Positions 8,255 to 18,341 are shown, counted from the first letter of the stretch. The stretch: DNA of 64,000 bases from Amoebidium appalachense (GCA_963693365.1 CAVNZM010000008.1:5962830-6026829), one strand, 5' to 3'. Made by a program: numbers and translations. Notes: generated from the letters alone by a model not told the origin.

Positions 8255-9688
8255 ATGCTGGCGACACCTACCTCTAAGCGGCAGCGCGGGGACGCCGAAG
8301 CCATGGTCGCCCGCCGCCTATTCCTGGCTACTAACGACGGACAACCACGCTTTGTGTCTTCAAGTTGCATTGGTCGCTGGGCTGACTTGAACCACATTAT
8401 GCAGTTCCTACAGTCAAAGGTGGCAAGTGTGGTACATGCAAGCAACACGTACATCGTCAAGCTCAGCAGCGGCAGCAAGTCAGTTTTTGAGATCATGGGG
8501 AAGGACGCAGTCGCTACCAAGTTGGCCTCGATGCAGTTTCTGTACATCACAACAGACAAGAAGGGAAACCCAGTGGAGAATTGGTACAAGGGTGAGAACT
8601 ACCTGCGCGAGCCTGTGTGCACGTGGTTTGAGCGTATTGTTTTTGACCCCTCCGATCCCAACTGCACCTCCGAGGACAACCTGTACAACTTCAACACGTA
8701 CAAGGGCATGACCTTTGACCCCATTGACGGGTTCAGAGTGGAGATCGACCGGGTGAGACCAATGCTTTGGCATTTGGAGAGGGTGATGGCAGCTGACAAC
8801 CCCGTAATGGGAGATTTCCTCACTACCTGGTGTGCCCACATCATCCAACACCCAGGGACCAAGCCCGACAGTTGTTGTCTGTTTATTTCCAAACAGGGAA
8901 CAGGCAAAGGTGTCTTCTGGACCATATTTTCCAAGCTGCTCGGCGAGCGCCTCGTGGTCACCGTGAACAGCAAGCATCGCTTGGTCGGAAACTTCAACAA
9001 CCACTTGGCAGACAGGCTGTTGGTGCTGGTGGATGAAGTCATGTTTGGTGGTGAACATGCAGTCAACAACCAGCTCAAGAACATGATAACCGATACCACC
9101 ATGGTAATCGAGCGTAAGGGTATTGACTCAATGACCCGCCGGTCTTGCGAACGTTACGTCTTCATGTCAAACGAAGAGTGGCCGCTGCGCGTTGAGGCAA
9201 GCGACCGAAGAAGCGCCTGTTTCGAAGTGTCACCTATGAAAGTCGGTGATTCCGAATACTTCAGCAACCTCAGGGCCCACTTTGACGACAAAACTAACCT
9301 TGAGCACCTTTTTCATTTCTTCTACCAGCATCGCCCAAACGGAAATCCCGTGGCTTTGTTCCTTCCACCACCCGATTCCACACTCAAGGACGAGCTAAAA
9401 GCCATGTGCCGCGACGACTACGTTACCTTCCTGAAAGATCTTGTGGCCTGTCGGAATGGATGCGAACACATGGGTGTCTCTGATGGAACAGTCACCGACT
9501 CAGCGAATATGCTGAATTTGTTCAAGGAGTGGTGCGAGAAAAACGGCAAGGACCCCAAAAGAGCAAGCTTGACCATAATGGGCAGAACACTCAAAAGGGT
9601 GTTTGGCGAAAGGGTTTCAGTTCACGTCCCCAACTCCACCCCCACCAAAGGCTACCGGGTAGCTTTTGCCAAGGTCGTAGAACATTAA
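8255..9688 (+). CDS. SF3 (D5-like / DUF5906 NrS-1-type) DNA helicase
   Basis: Walker A SKQGTGKG, Walker B LVLVDE, LKNMIT..IERKG, motif C FMSN, arginine finger DRR, and a C-terminal winged-helix-like LFKEWCEKNG. TATATAAG at ~8158. Confidence 0.9.
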   Translation: MLATPTSKRQRGDAEAMVARRLFLATNDGQPRFVSSSCIGRWADLNHIMQFLQSKVASVVHASNTYIVKLSSGSKSVFEIMGKDAVATKLASMQFLYITTDKKGNPVENWYKGENYLREPVCTWFERIVFDPSDPNCTSEDNLYNFNTYKGMTFDPIDGFRVEIDRVRPMLWHLERVMAADNPVMGDFLTTWCAHIIQHPGTKPDSCCLFISKQGTGKGVFWTIFSKLLGERLVVTVNSKHRLVGNFNNHLADRLLVLVDEVMFGGEHAVNNQLKNMITDTTMVIERKGIDSMTRRSCERYVFMSNEEWPLRVEASDRRSACFEVSPMKVGDSEYFSNLRAHFDDKTNLEHLFHFFYQHRPNGNPVALFLPPPDSTLKDELKAMCRDDYVTFLKDLVACRNGCEHMGVSDGTVTDSANMLNLFKEWCEKNGKDPKRASLTIMGRTLKRVFGERVSVHVPNSTPTKGYRVAFAKVVEH

Positions 9689-9705
9689 ACACCATGACGG
9701 TGCTA

Positions 9706-9967
9706 ATAGACACATAGACAGCTAGACACTTGACCCCGTACCTGTGGTAGGATGCCCCATGGACACCATTTGTATAGTAGGAATCGGATATTTTTACTCT
9801 TCCCCCCCGACCGCCAATCCTGCTGTCTATGTGTCTATCTGTCTATGAACTCCTTATTTCATATATGTATTAACTATATTTATATATAAAAATGTATAGA
9901 CACATACTAGTCACAAGCATTCCTCTAGACAGATCCGCTAGACAGGTCCATAGACACCTTCTAGACA
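9706..9967. promoter_or_regulatory. Candidate replication origin: 11 TAGACA iterons in both orientations around an AT-rich core
   Basis: TAGACA at 9707, 9715, 9723, 9897, 9926, 9939, 9951 and 9962; TGTCTA at 9824, 9832 and 9840; AT-rich tract ~9855-9896. Lies directly 3' of the helicase. Confidence 0.6.
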
Positions 9968-10061
9968 CCATCGAAAAATGTCAACCGGGCAACCAACTCG
10001 TGTGAAGTCCGCCTGGTGCGGCCCAGGAATAAAAATTACAAACTTAACCCCCCTCCCCCCC

Positions 10062-10316
10062 CTACCACCTGTACACCAGCACGCCGGCCAGCAGCACGAG
10101 CAGCACCATGCATGCAAGCGCTATGCCCCTCCACATCGAAGCGCTCTTGAGCTGTGCATCATGGTCGTCCAATGAAGTGCCCATGTAGAGCATGAAGCGC
10201 GTGCTGTTGTCGATGGTCAGGTGGTACTCGTGCGGGTCGGCGGCAATGTCATCCCTGCGCACCCACGAGTTACTCGGGTTGTCAAATCTCAGGTTTGCAA
10301 TGTTCGGAGAAGTCAT
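10062..10316 (-). CDS. Small protein with a C-terminal transmembrane helix
   Basis: Ends GIALACMVLLVLLAGVLVYRW*. The TM-coding segment is duplicated at ~10640-10690. Confidence 0.45.
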   Translation of the reverse strand: MTSPNIANLRFDNPSNSWVRRDDIAADPHEYHLTIDNSTRFMLYMGTSLDDHDAQLKSASMWRGIALACMVLLVLLAGVLVYRW

Positions 10317-10779
10317 ACCTTCCGAAGAGATAGTTTGGAGCGCCTCCTCCCCAGCAACTCGGGGAGCACACACAGAGATTATGCATCGCAGTGCTAATGG
10401 AACCTAAAAACCGCTGGGACGTAGGGCGCGCCAAGACGGAGGACGCACTGCTACAATGATCTTTGGCAACCTTGTTTTTCTTTGTCATATATATGGTCAA
10501 TTTGATAGCTGTTCGATCTTGTGTCCAGAGCGGTGGTTGTAAAAGGCAACAACAACAACCCACTGCAAGTGTCACAAAGGGCACGCTGTCGGTGCATTAA
10601 CACAAACAACAAGACCCCCCCCCCCCCCCCCCCTGAGCGCCAGCACGCGGCAAGCAGCACGAGCAGCACCATGCATGCAAGCGCTACGGTCCACAACACA
10701 GGTGTGGAAGAGGAAGTGGCAATTTTTATTTACTGGTCGTGTCCAGCACGGCTGCGCTTCTCAGGGCTGACAGCTATCG

Positions 10780-11030
10780 CGTTTTGATTGGTGTAATCAT
10801 GACTAAGATCAAAATTGGCCAGATCGGATATGCAAATCTACCAATCAAATTAATTATCGCGGTGGCTCACTTCAATGCTGTCAGAATTTTGCGAACCAAT
10901 CACATTAGCTCAACCTAGATCAATTGGGAATCAATCCCTGCCAACCAATCAGCGCGAGAATTGATCTCCAATCAAATGGCGCTGTGGACATGCCATACCG
11001 GTCCCTTCTGAAAACTGATCCTACATAAAA
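10780..11030 (+). promoter_or_regulatory. CCAAT-box cluster plus TATA-like promoter of the MYND gene
   Basis: At least six CCAAT/ATTGG boxes in 10787-10972, then AAAACTGATCC and TACATAAAA at ~11011-11030. Confidence 0.5.
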
Positions 11031-11201
11031 GACCAACACAAGGCCAACCCTGTCACTTTCACGTTTTCACACATTCTCCCTCACAACGACTCCCGGCCAA
11101 ACGATTGTTGCCAGACATTTCACCACGTCCCTCTTTCTCGCCCTTTCTTAGCGGATCGTTTCACTAGACAAATCACCACACGCTGGCATTCACGCACAAG
11201 C

Positions 11202-12611
11202 ATGGACCAAACACCTGAAGAGGCCGTGGCTTTGCCTTTCATCGTCCAGCCCCCCGGCTCGGACACGGACAAGGTCGTCGTCTATGCTGTGGACGACAAG
11301 TATCGGCTCCACCGGGACCCTGTCAGCGCTCGGCTGCTGGAAGTTGCGAGAGACGGCGACCTCCGCATCTTCGAAACACGGGAGAGCTTCGCTGCGTTCC
11401 GTTCAGTCCTTGAAAACGACATGAAAACTTTGCTGCTGCATTTGGAGAGACAACCCCACGGGCCTGGGCGGGTGCCGCCCCTCTGGGACACTTGTCTGCA
11501 CTCCATCGCGTTCCCAATGTACGCCGCCTTCCAGCGCTACGTGCTGGGGAAGCCGGACCATGAGGCTCTCCACGAGGGCACGCTCGGTCAAGGGGTTCAG
11601 GACTTCTTCATGCTCGTGGGGACGGCGCTATGCGAGCGGTCCGGTCTCAAGGCCCGACCCCCTGCCCACTTCAGTCAAGAGCCGGCCACTTCCGCCTTGG
11701 GTACGTATACGTTATGCAAGGACATTGACGACGTGGTGTACAATGATTGGGCTAACCGGGCCGTCGAGCACTTTGTGAACGAGTTGCCTTCCGTGTCATG
11801 TCTCCAGTGCCGCTCGCCCGTCGACACAAAGAAGTGCACCCGCTGCAGAAACGCCTACTTCTGCAATGACATCTGTATGAAACAAAAGTGGCCCGAGCAC
11901 AAGAAGGACTGCAAGGAGCAACCCACCCACCAAGACCCAACGGTGTCGAAAAACGAGGTCGTGGTCTACACCATGGACAGCCACTTGCGTTTCCACTCGG
12001 ACCCGGTCTGCAACCTGATGCTAAAAGTTCTGGAGTGCGGCGACCTGCGTGTGTTTCGCAACAAGGAGCGCTACATGGAATGCGAGGCTACCCTGGCGGG
12101 CGAGATGCGTGCTATAGAGGAGCGGAGATGGGTGAACGACCCAACGGTGACTGCGGCCGAACGCAACATGGCTGCCTACTTCGCGTGTTTTAGGCACTAC
12201 TGTGTCTTCCACCGCTACGTGCTGGAGGAGCGGGACTACAATGCCCTCTATGCCGGAAACATCAGCACGGGCGCCGGTATTGTCTTCAGAATGATGCTTC
12301 ATGTACTGTGCGCGTCTTCCGGCCTCGAGCACACCACGCCCGAGGCTGTTGTGCAGATTGCGGAGTTTGCGGTGAGCAGTCTTCCCGTGTCCACGGAGTA
12401 CGACATGGACAACATGTGTATGTATGAATGGTGCAACCGGGCCGTCAAGCACTTCATCGACAAGCTGCCCTCTGTCGTCTGTGCCACCTGCGGCTCGACC
12501 GGGCGCACCAAGAAGTGCTCGGCCTGTAAGCACGTCTACTACTGCAGCAGGGACTGCCAGACCCGCGATTGGGGTGAGCACAAGAAGGACTGCCAGAAGC
12601 AGGGCCCGTAG
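11202..12611 (+). CDS. Internally duplicated protein with two MYND-type zinc fingers
   Basis: CLQC...CTRCRNAYFCNDICMKQKWPEHKKDC and CATC...CSACKHVYYCSRDCQTRDWGEHKKDC. Both halves share VVVY.D...HxDPV...GDLR.F...F.RYVL...W.NRAV.HF. Confidence 0.85.
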   Translation: MDQTPEEAVALPFIVQPPGSDTDKVVVYAVDDKYRLHRDPVSARLLEVARDGDLRIFETRESFAAFRSVLENDMKTLLLHLERQPHGPGRVPPLWDTCLHSIAFPMYAAFQRYVLGKPDHEALHEGTLGQGVQDFFMLVGTALCERSGLKARPPAHFSQEPATSALGTYTLCKDIDDVVYNDWANRAVEHFVNELPSVSCLQCRSPVDTKKCTRCRNAYFCNDICMKQKWPEHKKDCKEQPTHQDPTVSKNEVVVYTMDSHLRFHSDPVCNLMLKVLECGDLRVFRNKERYMECEATLAGEMRAIEERRWVNDPTVTAAERNMAAYFACFRHYCVFHRYVLEERDYNALYAGNISTGAGIVFRMMLHVLCASSGLEHTTPEAVVQIAEFAVSSLPVSTEYDMDNMCMYEWCNRAVKHFIDKLPSVVCATCGSTGRTKKCSACKHVYYCSRDCQTRDWGEHKKDCQKQGP

Positions 12612-12654
12612 GGGATGGCCGTGGTGATGCTGTGTCTGTGTGCTCTTTTACGGA

Positions 12655-12810
12655 ACTTATTTCGTGACAAGCGATAGAATTCATTCGGGGTTGTTGTAGA
12701 ATCGTATATTTATTATTGATGTAATCTCGGGTACTTGTTTCGTGTGCAAGCGATAGAATTCATTCGGGGTTGTTGTAGAATCGTATATTTGTCATTGATG
12801 TAACCTCGGG
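12655..12810. repeat. Two-copy ~80-bp tandem repeat in the 3' region
   Basis: CAAGCGATAGAATTCATTCGGGGTTGTTGTAGAATCGTATATTT occurs twice. Confidence 0.8.
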
Positions 12811-13447
12811 TTGTCAAACTTAATTCGGGTCGGTGGTTATGTGCATAATGGTATGTGATTTTTCCAACATCGATATCGACAGAATAAATCTCAGTCCGTT
12901 TTCCGCTTTACTCGCACGCTCTGTCGGAGCACCAGTCTCCGGTATTTCGGCATGAGCGCGTCGGCATACACGTACTTCTCAATACGCCTATGACCTCTCC
13001 TTTTTGACCGACCTCTTCGGTGTGGCATGCCCCTTGTCCGAAAAATGTCCATCTCCGACTGCGAAAACACCCTAGTGAAACCACTTTCTCCCCTTACACC
13101 CTGCGGCACATTGGTTGCTGGTCCACGCGCCCTCCTCGAGCTCGAGATACACCTTGCGCCACCCGGGCTCTGCGCGCTTGATCTCGCACGCCACCACAAT
13201 GTCTCCCGGGCGCACACCTGCAGTCCACATGCTAGTGCAGCAGCGCACGCTCAGCACCTCACATCCCGAGTCGGCCCCGCGCACACACACACCGAAACAC
13301 GCAAGCGTGCACTCATGGTCGTGCAGCGCCTCGAGAACTGGCACCTTGCGGGCGAGTGTGCGCCGACGCAGGCGCAAGTCGGGAAGGGTATAAAAAGCCG
13401 TGTTGGACGCGGAGAGCTGCCAGTCTGCATCTGCACCAGAATTGAAC

Positions 13448-13966
13448 ATGGCTTTTGAGCAGGACCTGAAGCTGTTCGTGAATAGACTTTCGCTGTTTGT
13501 CTCGAGCATGACGTTCGACTCACACGGCGCCGGGAGGGTGGCGAGCCGGCCGCTACAGCTCCACGCGCGACTCGGCAAGGGCGACACGATGCTGTCGGAC
13601 ACGATGCTGCCGCTGCAATCGGTCGAATCATCGAATCGAGACGGACTCAACCACCTGGTGTTTTCGACGTGTCCGCTGGAGGGGGCCGGGGATGCGGTGA
13701 CCATCGACCTAGATTGGGGCAAGTCGTTCCGGCTGACCTGGGAGCGCTGGGACACCACGCTGTCGCTGCTGCCACCGAGGGACCCAACTGAGAACGAAGG
13801 GATGGGGGAGGGACGTGCCGTCCCCCTGAAGGCTTCGAGCCAGCGAACAACCCTTCTGCGAATCGACTTTCTGAAGGACTTTGTTTGGCACGACACGGGC
13901 TGCGACATCCTGTCGCTGCAGCTATGTGAATCAGTAAAGAAAAATAGGCGGCTGCGTAGAGAATGA
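13448..13966 (+). CDS. Hypothetical protein (172 aa)
   Basis: Clean ORF with TATAAAA at 13389; no recognisable domain. Confidence 0.55.
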   Translation: MAFEQDLKLFVNRLSLFVSSMTFDSHGAGRVASRPLQLHARLGKGDTMLSDTMLPLQSVESSNRDGLNHLVFSTCPLEGAGDAVTIDLDWGKSFRLTWERWDTTLSLLPPRDPTENEGMGEGRAVPLKASSQRTTLLRIDFLKDFVWHDTGCDILSLQLCESVKKNRRLRRE

Positions 13967-14225
13967 TAAATATATCACGCAGTGCGTGTGTGTGTGCGAC
14001 TGCGCCCCGGATGGTGCAGCACGCGTATATAAGCAGGGCCACCCCCAAGGTGTCGTCCGAGCGCATGCCTGTGTATGCGCGCACAAATTTGTTTGCATTG
14101 CGGAGAAATCATACCCCCCCTCCCCGTAAACCAGTCGATTGTTGCTGCCAGCATTCTCGGCACGACTGAGGGTGCGCAGGTATATAAGGAGCACACACAG
14201 CCAACTGGGGTCAGTCTGAGACAGC

Positions 14226-15851
14226 ATGGCTACCGGACAGAGCAACTCAAAGGTGGACATGTCGCTTCTGTGGAAGGAGTTCCCCCAGTTCAAGGATGCC
14301 CAATATAGGATCCATGGAAAGGGCAAGGATGCACAGGGTAGCGTCCTGGATACCGCCACCATTGTGCTTGGCTCGTCAAATGCTGCAAGGTCTGCATGGT
14401 TTGATATGCAGGCAAGCAAGGAGTCGACCGTTAAGGACCTTGTTGCTCGCAGCAACAAGGTCCGCATAAACGGAAAGGGAATGGTTACACCTGTCGCTCC
14501 TTTCAAGGTCCTCATCGAGATCATCTTCATGCTCCCTGGCAAGCGCGCGCACGAGTTCCGCAAGACCTGTGCCAAGTACGTTGCACGACTTTTGTCACAC
14601 AAGGATTGGGAGGGTATAAAAGAACCAGACACACAACCCCAAACCTCACTTTCACAAACCATGCCAACGGAACACGACGAAGGCTTAGCTATGCTAACCG
14701 GAAACGAGGTCGCCGCAAAAAAAGGCGACACCATCTGCATTGGTGACTATGTAGTGCGAGTTGCTCAATCCGAAGGTGTTAAATACGCCAGTCTTGTTGA
14801 TTATGCAATGCTAGTGCGCAATTTAGACAGACATGCGGCCGCTGAGTATGTCAGACGACATTATGAGAATGAAGAGGAAATCAAAGGCCTCAACATGAGG
14901 CCTTTGAGGTTCGGCGATTCAAAGCGACCCTCGATTGGTGTTCCTGCTTCATCGTTGGTGAAACTGACCTTCAAGATGGCATCCGGCTCGCGCTATGGAT
15001 CTGCCCTCGTTGACAAGTGGGCCCGAGACATAGCGCGCCTCGAGGGTGGGGATGAAACTCTGCTGGAAGACATCGAGCGCAACCGTGCCGCAGCAGAAGC
15101 CAACCCCAGTGGGCCAAATGCTTTTATGCATGACAGTGTGCAAGCAGAAATGGATGCCGACAGGACACCCGAGAGGGAGCCCAAGAGACTGAAGCTCGGA
15201 GACATCACCCAGTTCATGACCAACCAGGCCGAGATGGAAACTGCACTGAGTCTGTACAAGGAGGCGCGCATCGCCGAATCTGCACAGTACACGGAGATCA
15301 TGATGATGCGCGAGGAAGGCGCTCTGTGTGACAAGCGCGCAGGTGTGATTCGCGAGGAGCGCCTGAAACTCGAGGCGCAGTGCCGGCTTTTGGAGCTCCA
15401 GGCAACAGACAGCATCAAGCAGGACCACATCCCACCCGAATACGAGGATGCCAGCGAGGAGCTGCGCCGGGTCACCAACCACGTGTGCACCAAGCAGCAG
15501 TCCGGCATCTACGTGTTCGTGTCCGAGTATGGCGACCCGCCCTGCCTGAAAATCGGACTCAGTCTGAAGGACGTGAAGGGCCGCATGAAGCAGGCCGGTA
15601 CGTGGCATGTGGGACCCAACAAGCGCCTGCTCTTTGCGCTGCCCGTGCCGTCCGAGCAGCTGGCGCTTGCGGAGAAGTGCCTGCACACAGCACTCAAACA
15701 CAAGAACGTCGAGCGCGAGCTGTTCCGTGTGGACTTTGTGACTTTTGCTGCGGCCATGCTGGAGATGGCGAGGGAGCACATGGAAGACGACTTGACAAGG
15801 GACCTCGTCATGAGCGTGTTCAAGAAGGGCAGTCAGGAGCAAGCGCAGTAG
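14226..15851 (+). CDS. Viral DNA-binding-domain (KilA/Bro-like, duplicated) protein with a C-terminal GIY-YIG T5orf172/MUG113 domain
   Basis: GIYVF...LKIGLS..V.GRM.Q...AEKCLH..LK....RELF. N-terminal LIEIIFMLPGKRAHEFR and a second copy ending RLEGGDETLLEDIERN. TATATAAG at 14181. Confidence 0.8.
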   Translation: MATGQSNSKVDMSLLWKEFPQFKDAQYRIHGKGKDAQGSVLDTATIVLGSSNAARSAWFDMQASKESTVKDLVARSNKVRINGKGMVTPVAPFKVLIEIIFMLPGKRAHEFRKTCAKYVARLLSHKDWEGIKEPDTQPQTSLSQTMPTEHDEGLAMLTGNEVAAKKGDTICIGDYVVRVAQSEGVKYASLVDYAMLVRNLDRHAAAEYVRRHYENEEEIKGLNMRPLRFGDSKRPSIGVPASSLVKLTFKMASGSRYGSALVDKWARDIARLEGGDETLLEDIERNRAAAEANPSGPNAFMHDSVQAEMDADRTPEREPKRLKLGDITQFMTNQAEMETALSLYKEARIAESAQYTEIMMMREEGALCDKRAGVIREERLKLEAQCRLLELQATDSIKQDHIPPEYEDASEELRRVTNHVCTKQQSGIYVFVSEYGDPPCLKIGLSLKDVKGRMKQAGTWHVGPNKRLLFALPVPSEQLALAEKCLHTALKHKNVERELFRVDFVTFAAAMLEMAREHMEDDLTRDLVMSVFKKGSQEQAQ

Positions 15852-15880
15852 CCCCAAGACATTTCAATGGATAAGCACCA

Positions 15881-16377
15881 TAATACAAGTAATTCGGTCA
15901 ACGTTTTATTCCATTATTCGGAGTGCTCGGGAGCAATTAATACAAGTCCGAATTCGGTCAGAGTTGCATCTCATTTTTCGGCGTGCTCGGTAGCAATTAA
16001 TACAAGTCCGAATTCGGTCAGAGTTGCATCTCATTTTTCGGCGTGCTCGGTAGCAATTAATACAAGTCTGAATTTGGTCAAAGTTGCATCTCATTTTTCG
16101 GCGTGCTCGGTAGCAATTAATACAAGTCCGAATTCGGTCAACGTTTTATTCCATTATTCGGAGTGCTCGGGAGCAATTAATACAAGTCCGAATTCGGTCA
16201 ACGTTTTATTCCATTATTCGGAGTGCTCGGTAGCAATTAATACAAGTCCGAATTTGGTCAAAGTTGCATCTCATTTTTCGGCGTGCTCGGTAGCAATTAA
16301 TACAAGTCCGAATTCGGTCAACGTTTTATTCCATTATTCGGAGTGCCACAACACAAGTCCGATTTTGATCAACGTTA
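15881..16377. repeat. 60-bp tandem array (~8 units) with two interspersed variants and palindromic CCGAATTCGG cores
   Basis: Exact 60-nt period; variant order A,B,B,B,A,A,B,A. Confidence 0.9.
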
Positions 16378-16533
16378 CATCCTCCCAAAATCGGGAAAAC
16401 CCTCTCCCCTTCCCTTCTCCCCCCCCCCCCCCCCTCCGGATTGGAAACCCCACTCCGCAATCGGAGAAAAGTCCCCCCCCCCCATCACCTCTCGCGCACC
16501 CCCACCACCGCATTATATCATGCACCGAGTAAC

Positions 16534-16905
16534 ATGGACGCCGGCGCACCCTTTCTACCGCCCCGTCCCCTCTCCGCCTTGCGAACAACAAACCCTCCCT
16601 CCCCCATCCTGCTGGCCGTGCTCGCCGGGCTCATTCTCTACGTGCTGTGGGACACGTTCAGCCCGCGTGTGCGGCGGCGGCTGGCGGTGCTCAAGTGCCC
16701 CGGTACATGCCCGATGTGTGCCAGCTGCGGCAGCTGCTCGCCCCGCCGCAAGTGTGCGCACTGCCCCCGCTGCCACGTGTGCGGTGCAAGCCCCACCCGG
16801 TGCACCCAGTGTCCCGCATGCAAGCACTGCCCGCCCGAGCAGAAGTGCCCGGCGTGCCCCACGTGTGCACATGTGCCGGCGGTGGTGATCAAGGAGCGGG
16901 CATGA
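16534..16905 (+). CDS. Small membrane-anchored Cys-rich protein (CPxCPxC repeats)
   Basis: TM segment ILLAVLAGLILYVLW followed by many CxxC/CPxC motifs. Confidence 0.65.
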   Translation: MDAGAPFLPPRPLSALRTTNPPSPILLAVLAGLILYVLWDTFSPRVRRRLAVLKCPGTCPMCASCGSCSPRRKCAHCPRCHVCGASPTRCTQCPACKHCPPEQKCPACPTCAHVPAVVIKERA

Positions 16906-16941
16906 GGATTGACACGGCAAGAGATTTTTGTGGCATAGAGT

Positions 16942-17235
16942 ATGGCGTACCGATGGGAGTACAAGCTAAAGGAGGAGCCCGGCAAGGCACCCGTGGTGCA
17001 GGCAACTATTGTGCCGACCGAGGCCACCGCCCGGCGGACGCAGATGGAGCAACGAGCATACGCACAAGAGCTTGCGGAAAAAGGCTACATAGACCTGCCC
17101 GAAGAGCTTGCGGATAAGTGCGGATTCAAGAAGTGGGTGCCCCAAAACCAACGGCAGACAGCCATCGTGCTGCAGAAGATGATGGAGCCGGAGACCCTAC
17201 CAGCCGAAACGGAAAATCATGAGAGAAAGTGTTGA
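16942..17235 (+). CDS. Hypothetical protein, possibly truncated at the junction with microsatellite DNA
   Basis: 97-aa ORF ending immediately before the first (TG)n tract. Confidence 0.45.
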   Translation: MAYRWEYKLKEEPGKAPVVQATIVPTEATARRTQMEQRAYAQELAEKGYIDLPEELADKCGFKKWVPQNQRQTAIVLQKMMEPETLPAETENHERKC

Positions 17236-17236
17236 G

Positions 17237-17267
<31 letters not shown>

Positions 17268-17524
17268 TGAGCTTTGTGTGTGTGTGTGTGTGTGTGTGTG
17301 ATTGCACACATGTCACAGATTCAAAGCAGAATTGGTATATTTATTGGAGTCTCTCCGCCACTATGGGTGACTACAATACACATAAAAACTTGGAAAGAAA
17401 ATTTGGTACGTCACATATTTTTGCAGACCACATTCGAGTTAACATTACGGAAATTTTTGGTATCGAGCTAAATACAAAAATAATAAAAAAACTTGTTGAA
17501 ACAATGAAAACTTTGTACCACGTC

Positions 17525-17995
17525 TCTCCCCACCGCACCCACCATGAATCCTATAGATGTGAATGTGTGGCCTACTGCCCACACCACACCACCACAACTA
17601 CGTTTCCCCATTGCACCCACCACGAACCCTATAGATGTGAATGTGTGGCCTACTGCCCACACCACACCACCACAACTACGTTTCCCCACCGCACCCACCA
17701 CGAACCCTATAGATGTGAATGTGTGGCCTACTGCCCACACCACACCACCACAACTACGTTTCCCCACCGCACCCACCACGAACCCTATAGATGTGAATGT
17801 GTGGCCTACTGCCCACACCACACCACCACAACTACGTTTCCCCACCGCACCCACTACGAACCCTATAGATGTGAATGTGTGGCCTACTGCCCACACCACA
17901 CCACCACAACTACGTTTCCCCACCGCACCCACCACGAACCCTATAGATGTGCCTACTGCCCACACCACACCACCACAACTACGTTTCCCCCACCG
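17525..17995. repeat. 78-bp tandem minisatellite (~6 copies)
   Basis: Unit CCCCACCGCACCCACCACGAACCCTATAGATGTGAATGTGTGGCCTACTGCCCACACCACACCACCACAACTACGTTT. Confidence 0.9.
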
Positions 17996-18073
17996 TATCG
18001 GGCCATTGCAACCTCACGGCTTCTGCATCCGATAGTCCACCATCTCACGTTTCAAAATAGGGAGGTCGAGCTG

Positions 18074-18152
<79 letters not shown>

Positions 18153-18302
18153 CGTGTGTGCGTGTGCGTGCGTGTGTGTTACACTGTTAGACCGATAGAT
18201 TAGGTGCCTTTGTGCCGTGTGTGTGTATGTGTGTGCCCGAATGCCTTTGTGCCGTGTGTTTGCTTAAGTGCATGTGTGCATGTGTGTGTGCATGTGTGTG
18301 TG

Positions 18303-18341
<39 letters not shown>

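Larger units (their letters stand above)
1..17235. mobile_element. Endogenous viral element (large DNA virus, NCLDV/Polinton-like); runs off the left edge; right limit uncertain (17.2 kb, possibly up to ~34.6 kb)
   Basis: Compact intronless ORFs with no (CA)n microsatellites until 17240, unlike the host genes at 39-64 kb. Gene families are typical of nucleocytoplasmic DNA viruses: SF3/D5 helicase, GIY-YIG T5orf172, CEHG-repeat nuclease, patatin, fibre-like repeat. No capsid or polymerase hallmark is visible. Confidence 0.75.

Noticed and set aside
15881-16377. CRISPR-like repeat/spacer appearance and the 221-aa ORF 15867..16532
   Set aside because: The variable parts are only two recurring, mutually similar sequences rather than unique spacers, no cas genes are present, and the context is eukaryotic. 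The ORF is a by-product of a stop-free 60-bp unit.
17219-18076. 285-aa HHEPYRCECVAYC repeat ORF resembling a metal-binding protein
   Set aside because: It is built from (TG)n and a 78-bp DNA minisatellite open in several frames, with no sign of synonymous-site divergence.
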